NCBI GenBank assembly: GCA_026392215.1
Contig: JAPLCN010000124.1
Coordinates: 1-62,651 of the forward strand
Source: Actinomycetota bacterium
Lineage (GTDB): Bacteria > Actinomycetota > Humimicrobiia > Humimicrobiales > Humimicrobiaceae
Direction: 5' to 3'
DNA: 62,651 nt
Shown: positions 18,354-27,836 of the stretch, one piece after another
How positions within the stretch are numbered: position 1 is the first letter of the stretch
Layout: each line of letters opens with the position of its first letter
Program-made: the position numbers and the translations under genes
Notes under the pieces: generated by a model
What the model was told of the DNA's origin: nothing
Databases searched by the model: none
What the model saw: only the letters and a program-made list of their open reading frames with translations

Positions 18354-18875
18354 ATGCTGCAAGAAAATAAAAGAATATTAGGCATCGATCCTGGGCTTCA
18401 AACAACAGGAATTAGTGTAATTGAGCATTATGCAGGGGGAACATATAAAGCTTTATATTGCGGATGTATTGAAACCCTTAAAGAAAAAAAAATTGAGCAA
18501 AGGCTTTCAGAAATTTACTCTTTTACAAGTGAGATAATTTCCAGGTTTGATCCTTATTGTCTTGCAATTGAAGAAATTTTTTTTAATTCCAACGCGAAAA
18601 GCGTAATAAATGTAGGGCAGGCTCGCGGAGTTATTTTGCTTTGTGCCTGCAATAATAATATTAAAGTATTTGAATATACCCCACTCGAGGTTAAACAGGC
18701 AATAACAGGCTACGGGAGGGCAACAAAAGAGCAGGTAAAATATATGGTTAAGGTATTACTAAAGATAAATGAGCCTGATTTTCCTAAAAAAGATGATGCA
18801 TGGGACAGTTTAGCCATTGCAATCTGCCATGCAAATAGCAGCAGGTTTAATGAAAATGTAAAAAGTAATCTATAG
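18354..18875 (+). CDS. ruvC: Crossover junction endodeoxyribonuclease RuvC
   Basis: ILGIDPGLQTTG, EEIFFNSN and DAWDSLAIAICH catalytic acidic motifs. Confidence 0.9.
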   Translation: MLQENKRILGIDPGLQTTGISVIEHYAGGTYKALYCGCIETLKEKKIEQRLSEIYSFTSEIISRFDPYCLAIEEIFFNSNAKSVINVGQARGVILLCACNNNIKVFEYTPLEVKQAITGYGRATKEQVKYMVKVLLKINEPDFPKKDDAWDSLAIAICHANSSRFNENVKSNL

Positions 18876-18944
18876 TTGCACATTTTTTTAATATCTGCGC
18901 TGTATTGCTGTTATTATTAATTAACACATGAATCGGGACAGGTT

Positions 18945-19529
18945 ATGATTTCAAGGTTAAGCGGCAAATTAATATTTAAAAGTCTGTCAAAAATAATTCT
19001 TGATGTGTCCGGAATAGGTTTTGATGTATTGATTTCTTCAAGGACATTTGAAAAACTTCCTGATTTAAATATGGAATTTTCTATAGATACCTACATGCAT
19101 GTAAGGGAAGATGAAATCCTGCTAATAGGATTTTTAAACCAGAAAGAAAAAGAATTATTTTTAAAAATTATCAGCGTTTCAGGTGTATCAATTAAAATTG
19201 CTCTTGGTGTTTTTTCCATATACAGCGCTGATAAACTAAGCAGGATAATTGTAAATGGAGAATCCGAAATGCTTAGAAGAGTTCCAGGTATCGGAGGCAA
19301 GCTAAGCGAGAGGATAATTCTTGAGTTAAAAGGTAAAGTAACAGAAGAAATTACAGGAAGGGAAGAAATGCTTGCTGGTAATTCAAAAATTTTTGAAGTA
19401 AAGGAAGCTTTAAGAAGTTTAGGATATTCAGGCAGTGAAATTCAAAAAACTCTGTCAAAAATTGACAGGAAATTTATGGAAGAAGCAAATACCCAGGATA
19501 TCTTAAAAGCTGCTTTAAGGGAGGTATAA
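18945..19529 (+). CDS. ruvA: Holliday junction branch migration complex subunit RuvA
   Basis: 194 aa with the helix-hairpin-helix motif [15 protein letters not shown] and a RuvA domain III at the C-terminus. Confidence 0.88.
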   Translation: MISRLSGKLIFKSLSKIILDVSGIGFDVLISSRTFEKLPDLNMEFSIDTYMHVREDEILLIGFLNQKEKELFLKIISVSGVSIKIALGVFSIYSADKLSRIIVNGESEMLRRVPGIGGKLSERIILELKGKVTEEITGREEMLAGNSKIFEVKEALRSLGYSGSEIQKTLSKIDRKFMEEANTQDILKAALREV

Positions 19530-19530
19530 T

Positions 19531-20592
19531 ATTATCAGCAGGGAAAGTAAAAACAAGGATAATAATATTAATGAAATCGTTGAGAGCGAAGTAGACGTTA
19601 AGCTTAAAAGTGAAGATATCGAACTTGATAAAAGCTTAAGGCCAAGATATATGAGAGACTTTATCGGACAGAAAACAATTATTGAAAACCTGTCTATATT
19701 TATAAACTCTGCCAAAAAAAGAAATGAGCCGCTTGACCATGTTCTGTTATCTGGTCCTCCCGGGCTTGGTAAAACCTGCCTTGCGGAGATTATAGCAAAT
19801 GAAATCGGGGTTAGTTTTAAAATTACTTCAGGTCCTGCCATTGAAAGGACAGGTGATTTGGCTGCAATACTTACAAACCTTGAAAAATTTGACGTATTGT
19901 TTATTGATGAAATCCACAGGCTTAACCCTACTGTTGAGGAGATATTATACCCTGCTATGGAAGATTATAAGCTTGATATAATTATAGGCAAAGGCCCTTC
20001 AGCAAAATCCATAAGAATAGATATTTCCCCTTTTACAATAATCGGCGCTACAACCAGAACCGGTCTTCTGACTTCACCGCTAAGAGACAGGTTTGGAGTT
20101 CATTTAAGACTTGATTATTATAAGGTTGAAGATTTAATAAAAATTATTTTGCGTTCTGCAAAAATATTAGGTGTAGATATAACACAGGATGGAGCAGTTT
20201 CCATTGCAAAAAGAGCAAGAGGTACGCCCCGGATTGCAAACAGGCTGCTTAAAAGAGTGAGAGACCATGCAATTACAGGCGGCGACGGCAGCATAGATTT
20301 TACTGTTGCAGAAATGGCATTAACAAAAATGGAGATTGATCCTCTTGGTCTGGATGTTATAGATAAGAAGATATTGGATACAATATTAAGTAAATTCAGT
20401 GGCGGCCCTGTAGGAGTAGGAACTATTGCCATTTCTATAGGAGAAGAAGTAAACACAATAGAGGATGTTTATGAACCATATCTGGTGCAGATAGGATTTA
20501 TAAAAAGAACATCAAAAGGAAGAATGGGAACAGAATCAGCATACAAGCATATGGGAATAAAGAAACCTGCAGGACGTGAGAGTCTCTTTTAA
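19531..20592 (+). CDS. ruvB: Holliday junction DNA helicase RuvB (probable ATT start; first ATG is at 19651)
   Basis: Walker [15 protein letters not shown] and [11 protein letters not shown]. The frame is open from 19519 and encodes the conserved [13 protein letters not shown] across ATG 19651. GGGAGG at 19519-19524 is followed after 6 nt by ATT 19531. There is no ATG/GTG/TTG in frame upstream of 19651. Confidence 0.85.
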   Translation: MISRESKNKDNNINEIVESEVDVKLKSEDIELDKSLRPRYMRDFIGQKTIIENLSIFINSAKKRNEPLDHVLLSGPPGLGKTCLAEIIANEIGVSFKITSGPAIERTGDLAAILTNLEKFDVLFIDEIHRLNPTVEEILYPAMEDYKLDIIIGKGPSAKSIRIDISPFTIIGATTRTGLLTSPLRDRFGVHLRLDYYKVEDLIKIILRSAKILGVDITQDGAVSIAKRARGTPRIANRLLKRVRDHAITGGDGSIDFTVAEMALTKMEIDPLGLDVIDKKILDTILSKFSGGPVGVGTIAISIGEEVNTIEDVYEPYLVQIGFIKRTSKGRMGTESAYKHMGIKKPAGRESLF

Positions 20593-20601
20593 ACTTGTCT
20601 T

Positions 20602-21624
20602 ATGGAATTAAATTTATTTGATTATAAATTACCCGAAAACTTAATTGCCCAATCACCATTAATTAAACGTGACACCGCCAGACTGCTTATTTTAGATAAA
20701 AAAAGCGGAGAAATCAAACATGATATTTTCTACAATATAGTTGACTATGTAAATTGCGGGGATGTAATTGTAATTAATGAATCCAAAGTAATTAATGCAC
20801 GTATTTTTGGCAGGAAGGAAAAAACAGGGGCAAAAATTGAATGTTTTATCCTGGAGAAAAAGAAAAATAATAATTTTATTGTGCTTCTGCGGCCTTCAAA
20901 AAAATTAAAAGTTAGTAACAGGGTTTTTTTGAATAGTGATGAAAGTGTTTATTTTGAAGTGATTGACAAGCTGGAGGAAGGGAAAGCCATAATAAATTTT
21001 AATGTTTTCTCTGCAGAAGTTCTGGAAAAATACGGCCAGGTTCCACTTCCGCCCTACATAAAAAACAGAGATTTTGATAATTCTTTCTATCAGACTGTTT
21101 ATGCAAAAAAAGAAGGCTCGACTGCTGCTCCTACAGCAGGCCTTCATTTTACAAAGGAGCTTATTAAAAAATTAAAAGACAAAGGCGTATTTTTTGCAAA
21201 AGTAAACCTTGAAATAGGCCCGGATACTTTTAAGCCTATTACTGAAGAAGATATAAAAGAACATAAAATACATACTGAAAAATACAGTCTGACTGAAGAC
21301 AGCGTAAAAAAAATTTTAAATGCTAAAAATTTGGGAGGGAAAGTAATTGCGGTCGGAACAACCACAACAAGAGTACTTGAAACAATAATGTCTCTTTATG
21401 GCAAGTTAAAGAGCAGCAAAGGGAGAACAGACCTTTATATTTATCCGGGATATGAATTTAAGATTGTTGATATGCTTGTAACTAATTTTCACATTCCTAG
21501 ATCAACACTGATTGTTATGGTAAGTGCATTTGCAGGAAGGGAAAACATATTGCAAGCATATGAAAATGCTATAGAAAATAATTACAGGTTTTTCAGTTTC
21601 GGAGACTGCATGTTTATAAAATAG
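20602..21624 (+). CDS. queA: S-adenosylmethionine:tRNA ribosyltransferase-isomerase QueA
   Basis: FDYKLPENLIAQSP, GSTAAPTAGLHFT and VGTTTTRVLE motifs. Confidence 0.92.
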   Translation: MELNLFDYKLPENLIAQSPLIKRDTARLLILDKKSGEIKHDIFYNIVDYVNCGDVIVINESKVINARIFGRKEKTGAKIECFILEKKKNNNFIVLLRPSKKLKVSNRVFLNSDESVYFEVIDKLEEGKAIINFNVFSAEVLEKYGQVPLPPYIKNRDFDNSFYQTVYAKKEGSTAAPTAGLHFTKELIKKLKDKGVFFAKVNLEIGPDTFKPITEEDIKEHKIHTEKYSLTEDSVKKILNAKNLGGKVIAVGTTTTRVLETIMSLYGKLKSSKGRTDLYIYPGYEFKIVDMLVTNFHIPRSTLIVMVSAFAGRENILQAYENAIENNYRFFSFGDCMFIK

Positions 21625-21657
21625 CAATTAATATTATCTATATTTTTGTATAATTGA

Positions 21658-22794
<1,137 letters not shown>

Positions 22795-22970
22795 AGTAAA
22801 AACCATAAAATTAATAAAAATATATTTGAAATTAACAGATTTTGTGCTTAACTTTGCTGGTTTTAAAAAAAATTTAAATAGTATTTGCAAAAAATAAAAA
22901 AATGTTAATAATAGTTATATTTGCAACACAAATGTTTTTAGCATAATTTCTTATAGAAAATAAGGTGAAA

Positions 22971-23444
22971 ATGATGAAAAATATTAGAACTAATAAGTGG
23001 GCAAAAATAACTATAATTTCAATTATAGTTATTTCTATCGTACTCATCGCAGTAATAGCTTCAGGCTGTAATTTATTGTTACCGACTGCTGCCGGTGGAA
23101 GCACAACCGTTGCTACAAATGCGGATGGAACACAAGTTCAACCATCATTTCTGGCAAAATATGGAACATGGATATGGCTTGTTGTTTTAGTTGTAGCTTT
23201 CTATTTCCTTTTAATAAGGCCTCAAAGGCAAAGATCTAAAACACAGCAAGACTTGCTTGGAAATATTCAAAGAGGGGACGAGGTACTAACAGTTGGCGGA
23301 ATCTTTGGCAGAGTAAAAGATGTCGGTGGTGATTCTCTTATAATTACAATTTCAAGCGGTGTAGATGTAAAAATTTCAAAAAGTGCAATTTCAAGAAAAA
23401 TATCACCGGGTGTGACAGAATCATCAGATACCTATAAAAAATAA
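22971..23444 (+). CDS. yajC: Preprotein translocase subunit YajC with an extra N-terminal hydrophobic, lipobox-like segment
   Basis: YajC core FYFLLIRPQRQRSKTQQDLLGNIQRGDEVLTVGGIFGRV. An additional about 60 N-terminal residues contain a TM helix ending IASGC. ATG 22971 or 22974 is preferred over GTG 22965. Confidence 0.75.
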   Translation: MMKNIRTNKWAKITIISIIVISIVLIAVIASGCNLLLPTAAGGSTTVATNADGTQVQPSFLAKYGTWIWLVVLVVAFYFLLIRPQRQRSKTQQDLLGNIQRGDEVLTVGGIFGRVKDVGGDSLIITISSGVDVKISKSAISRKISPGVTESSDTYKK

Positions 23445-23455
23445 CCTTTCCCGAC

Positions 23456-24748
23456 ATGAGACAAAACAAAGTAAATATAGTAGTTATACTGGTTTTTGCA
23501 GTAATTGTAGGTCTTGCAGTTTGGAGTATATTATCTTTTCCGGTAAAACTGGGTCTTGACCTTAAAGGCGGAACACAAGTCATACTGAAAGCCACACAGC
23601 TTCAGCAAACGGGTACTACCGGCGATACAAAGTCGAGTAGCGGATCAGTAAGTTCAGATGCTATTGATAAAGCCATGCTTATCATGTTAAACAGAATTGA
23701 CAAGCTCGGCATTTCAGAGCCTCTTGTTACCAAAGATTTTTCAAACAACGTTGTTATCCAGCTTCCCGGTGTTGATAATCCGGACAAGGCAGTTGAAGTA
23801 ATTGGAAAAACTGCACAGCTCGAATTTAAAATTGTTCAAGGATATGACGATCAGGGCAACTATAAACTGGGGCCGACATTAATCACAGGTGACAAACTTG
23901 CAAATGCAAAGGCAGGTTATGATAATAACGGTCAGGTTATTGTTCAGTTCAGCTTTAATTCTGAAGGTGCAAAAGAATTTGAAAAAATAACATCTGCAAA
24001 CATTGGCAACCAGCTGGCAATTGTATTGGACGGTCAGGTAAAATCTGCTCCTGTAATTAGGTCTGTTATTGCAGGAAATGGTGTTATTGAAAGCATAAAA
24101 AGCTTGGAAGAAGCAAAAGATATTGCTCTTGTTCTTCAAACCGGAGCCTTACCAGTAAATCTTGAAATTCAGGAAGTCAGAACAATAGGTCCTACTTTAG
24201 GCCAGGATTCCCTGCAGCAAAGTTTAATTGCAGGCATTATCGGGTTTATCCTGGTTGCCATATATATGCTAGTAATGTATAGGGGTTTAGGCATTATTTC
24301 ATTAATAGGGCTCTCAAGCTATGTTGCTTTATTCTGGGGCATTCTTTCCGGACTTAAAACACCTCTGACTCTTCCTGGCATTGCGGGATTAATACTGACA
24401 ATTGGTATTGCTGTCGATGCAAATGTGCTGATCTTTGCCAGAATAAGAGAAGAAATGGTAAAAGGCAAAACAAAAGTTGTTGCTTTCAGGGAAGGTTTTA
24501 AAAATGCACTAAGAGCAATAATTGATTCAAATATTACTACATTAATTACAGCAGCTGCATTATACAGATTTGGTACAGGTCCAATCAGAGGTTTTGCTGT
24601 AACTTTGGCAATTGGAATATTAATAAGTATGTTTACAGCAATCATTTTAGTCAGATCAGTTTTATTTTTAATGCTTAAATCAAAAATAATGACGCCAGGA
24701 TTTATTGGAGTTAAAATACCTAAAACCCAGAATCAGAAGGAGTATTAG
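23456..24748 (+). CDS. secD: Protein translocase subunit SecD
   Basis: LGLDLKGG, the periplasmic P1 domain and a C-terminal 6-TM region with AVDANVLIFARIREE. Confidence 0.92.
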   Translation: MRQNKVNIVVILVFAVIVGLAVWSILSFPVKLGLDLKGGTQVILKATQLQQTGTTGDTKSSSGSVSSDAIDKAMLIMLNRIDKLGISEPLVTKDFSNNVVIQLPGVDNPDKAVEVIGKTAQLEFKIVQGYDDQGNYKLGPTLITGDKLANAKAGYDNNGQVIVQFSFNSEGAKEFEKITSANIGNQLAIVLDGQVKSAPVIRSVIAGNGVIESIKSLEEAKDIALVLQTGALPVNLEIQEVRTIGPTLGQDSLQQSLIAGIIGFILVAIYMLVMYRGLGIISLIGLSSYVALFWGILSGLKTPLTLPGIAGLILTIGIAVDANVLIFARIREEMVKGKTKVVAFREGFKNALRAIIDSNITTLITAAALYRFGTGPIRGFAVTLAIGILISMFTAIILVRSVLFLMLKSKIMTPGFIGVKIPKTQNQKEY

Positions 24749-25654
24749 TTGGCTTTAGAAAAGCAAGTTGTTACTGACAGATCGTCTTATAAATTTGATT
24801 TTATAGGTAAAAGAAAAATATGGTTTATTTTTTCAACCATTTTGATAATTACAGGTATAGTCTTTTTCTTTGTCAGGGGGTTTAATTATGGCATTGATTT
24901 CCTTGGTGGAAATTTAATGGAAGTTAAATTCAAGCAGGATGTCCCGATATCCGAACTAAGAAAAGCTATGGAAGATATTGGATACGGGAAATCAATACTT
25001 CAAAGCACAGCCTCTGATCAATATATAATCAGAACTGTTCCAATAGATGTTAAAGAAAAAAATAAAATACTTGATAATCTTGATAAAAAAATAGGCATTA
25101 TCAGGCCATTGGTTCAGGACAGAAATGTGGCAGCAGGTTTTTCAAAACAAATTACAAAGTATGCCTTAATTGCTGTAGCAATCAGCATTGTCGGTATTTT
25201 AATATATATCTGGATAAGGTTCGAAGTCAGATTTGCAATAGTAGCAATTATAGAGTTGCTTCATGATCTGCTTATTTTACTTGGCTTTTATGCTATAACG
25301 TATAGAGAATTTAATACAACTTCAATTGCAGTAATATTAACAATTCTTGGGTATTCACTTAGCGACACCATAATTATCTTTGACAGGGTTCGGGAAGAAT
25401 TAAGGTTAACCAAAAAAGATAAATTTTCTGACGTAGTAAATTATTCTGTAAATAAAACGCTTGTAAGATCACTCGGAACAGCTGCGACAACTTTATTTCC
25501 AATAATAGTTTTATTAATAATCGGAAATGAAACATTAAAAGATTTTGCTTTCGGCTTATTTGTCGGCATTATTTCAGGAAGTTATTCTTCTGTATTTATA
25601 GGAAGCCCGCTTCTGGTAGTTTGGAATAACAGATTCCCAAGATATAAGAAATAA
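24749..25654 (+). CDS. secF: Protein translocase subunit SecF
   Basis: GIDFLGG, YSLSDTIIIFDRVRE. TTG start immediately after the secD stop. Confidence 0.9.
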   Translation: MALEKQVVTDRSSYKFDFIGKRKIWFIFSTILIITGIVFFFVRGFNYGIDFLGGNLMEVKFKQDVPISELRKAMEDIGYGKSILQSTASDQYIIRTVPIDVKEKNKILDNLDKKIGIIRPLVQDRNVAAGFSKQITKYALIAVAISIVGILIYIWIRFEVRFAIVAIIELLHDLLILLGFYAITYREFNTTSIAVILTILGYSLSDTIIIFDRVREELRLTKKDKFSDVVNYSVNKTLVRSLGTAATTLFPIIVLLIIGNETLKDFAFGLFVGIISGSYSSVFIGSPLLVVWNNRFPRYKK

Positions 25655-25655
25655 A

Positions 25656-27785
25656 ATGCTTGAAATACCAGAATACTGGATTTCGATTAGGCAAAAAGAA
25701 GATTTTAAATCATTATTATCATCAGAATCTTTGCCGCAATTTTCCAAACCTTTACTCAGTATTTTCTTTAACAGCGGATATGACTTAAAAGAGAAAATAT
25801 TTGAATTTCTAAAAACACCTGAAGGAATTAGTTTTTATGAATTAATATGCCAATATTCTGAAGTATTACTGGTAATCCTGTTAAATAGCGGATTTGATAA
25901 CCTGGATAAAATTAAAGATTTTTTTAAAACCTCCCAGGAAAAAGAATCTTATAAATTATTATTTAAATCTTCCGATATATTCTTAAAAATTCTTTTAAAC
26001 AGAGGAATTGATACGCTGGAAAAGATTGATTATTTTCTTAAATCCCCTCAAGGAAAAGACTATTATGATCCTTTTTTGCTTCCAAATATGGAACTTGCAA
26101 CTAATAGAGTATTACGTGCAATAAACAACAAAGAAAATATATTAATTTTCGGTGATTATGATGCTGATGGAATCATAAGCACCGCATTAATCTATAGTTT
26201 TTTAAAAAATTTAGGACTTAACCCAAAATATCAAATTCCTAACAGGATAGAAGATGGTTATGATATCAGCTTAAAGTTTATTAAAAAATTAAAAAAAGAA
26301 AATCCTGAAATTTCTCTGATTATATGTGTTGACTGCGGCTCAAACAGCCATGAAGTAAAAGAATATATTTATAAGAATAATAATTTAGATATTATTGTTT
26401 GTGACCATCATAAGATTTCAGAAAAATCAATTTCTACAGTTACAGATTCCAGCAGGTTCATAGTTGTTAACCCGCAAGATTTAAATTCAGAATATCCCTT
26501 CAAATTCTTAAGCGGCGCAGGAGTAACCTTTAAATTTATAAATGCTATTCTTATGAGGTTGGACAGTAGTAAAAAAGATATTTTTAAACAAAGCTATCTC
26601 ACTGATTTTCTTGATCTTGTAGCAGTTTCAACAATTGCAGACTTAATGCCATTAATTGATGAAAATAGGCTTATAGTTAAAAAAGGTCTTGAGGTTTTAA
26701 AAAATACAAAAAATACAGGTTTGAAGAAATTGATAAAATCAGTTTTGCCGGGTAAAGAAAGGGGTAATGAAAATCTCACAACATATGACGTTGGTTATAT
26801 TATTGCTCCGAGAATAAACGCGCCTGGGAGAATAAATGCTGCAAAAAAAGGTTTAAATGATGCTGAAAAAAGTTTTGAGTTAAATGTTGCTCCAAAAAGT
26901 TTTAAGCTTTTAATTTGTGACGAAACAGAAGCAGAATGCCTTGTTAATGAAATTAATGAATTAAACGAGCAACGGAAAATAGATCAGGCAGAAATGTTAA
27001 ATAAAATACTGGAAAAGAATAAAAATGATTTTGAAGACATGATACTTAATCAAAAAATATTTATTGAAAAATCAAAAGAATGGCATGAAGGTTTACTTGG
27101 GCTAGTAGCTTCCAACCTGGTTAAAAAATATAACATTCCGGTAATATTGTTTAAAGAAGATGAAGCAAAATATAAAGGTTCCGGAAGAAGCATTGAAGAA
27201 TTTGACTTATTTGAAAATCTTAATACGTTAAATCGTTACTTTGATAAGTTCGGAGGCCACAAGATGGCATGCGGGCTTACGATAAAAGCAGATTATAAAA
27301 AGAATGGACCAGAAAAAGAAAAAAAAGAAAATAAGTATCAATTGTTCAAACAGGAAATGATAAAAGTTGCCAGTGAAAAATTGTCAGAAGTTAAAATAGG
27401 AAAGAAATTTTACTACGACATGGAGGTTGATTTTAATGATTTAAAACCTTCCCTTGGAAAAGAATTAAAATTTTTTGAGCCCTTTGGAACCGGAAATCCT
27501 AAACCTGTTTTTCTTATGAGAGATTGCATAATCAGGAAAATAAGTTTTTTGAAAAACGAAAAACATGTAAGCTTGCAGATAAAAAATAAGGGTTCTTACA
27601 AGAAAGCAATATTTTTTAATATCAGCAGCGAAATTGTTGAAAGTCTAAAAAATATTCCTGAAGATACTCCTGTTTCCATATTATTTAACGTTGAAGAAAA
27701 CATGTATGAAAAAAATATAAATGCAGAAGGCCGTTCTTTACAATTAATAATTTTGGATTTATTTTATAAAATAGATTTACAATAA
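25656..27785 (+). CDS. recJ: Single-stranded-DNA-specific exonuclease RecJ with a triplicated N-terminal module
   Basis: DHH-family motifs IFGDYDADGIIS, VDCG, CDHHK and GGH (FGGHKMACG). Confidence 0.88.
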   Translation: MLEIPEYWISIRQKEDFKSLLSSESLPQFSKPLLSIFFNSGYDLKEKIFEFLKTPEGISFYELICQYSEVLLVILLNSGFDNLDKIKDFFKTSQEKESYKLLFKSSDIFLKILLNRGIDTLEKIDYFLKSPQGKDYYDPFLLPNMELATNRVLRAINNKENILIFGDYDADGIISTALIYSFLKNLGLNPKYQIPNRIEDGYDISLKFIKKLKKENPEISLIICVDCGSNSHEVKEYIYKNNNLDIIVCDHHKISEKSISTVTDSSRFIVVNPQDLNSEYPFKFLSGAGVTFKFINAILMRLDSSKKDIFKQSYLTDFLDLVAVSTIADLMPLIDENRLIVKKGLEVLKNTKNTGLKKLIKSVLPGKERGNENLTTYDVGYIIAPRINAPGRINAAKKGLNDAEKSFELNVAPKSFKLLICDETEAECLVNEINELNEQRKIDQAEMLNKILEKNKNDFEDMILNQKIFIEKSKEWHEGLLGLVASNLVKKYNIPVILFKEDEAKYKGSGRSIEEFDLFENLNTLNRYFDKFGGHKMACGLTIKADYKKNGPEKEKKENKYQLFKQEMIKVASEKLSEVKIGKKFYYDMEVDFNDLKPSLGKELKFFEPFGTGNPKPVFLMRDCIIRKISFLKNEKHVSLQIKNKGSYKKAIFFNISSEIVESLKNIPEDTPVSILFNVEENMYEKNINAEGRSLQLIILDLFYKIDLQ
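25743..26084 (+). repeat. Three tandem 38-codon repeats inside recJ (degenerate at the DNA level, clear at the protein level)
   Basis: Units LLSIFFNSGYDLKEKIFEFLKTPEGISFYEL, LLVILLNSGFDNLDKIKDFFKTSQEKESYKLL and FLKILLNRGIDTLEKIDYFLKSPQGKDYYDPFLL. The conserved Gly sits at residues 41, 79 and 117. Confidence 0.7.
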
Positions 27786-27836
27786 ATAAAGCAGTCAGTT
27801 TTTAATATTTTAATTAATCTTATGTTGAGATAAAAA

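Noticed and set aside
19515-20456. Minus-strand ORFs 19515-19841 and 20118-20456, and plus-strand ORF 19799-19981, overlapping ruvB.
   Set aside because: They are antisense or out of frame to RuvB, with repetitive Ser/Leu-rich translations. The region 19531-19650 is better explained as the ruvB 5' extension.
22874-23104. 76-aa minus-strand ORF overlapping the yajC start region.
   Set aside because: It is antisense to the YajC N-terminal hydrophobic segment. Its hydrophobic translation is a mirror effect, and it has no start context.
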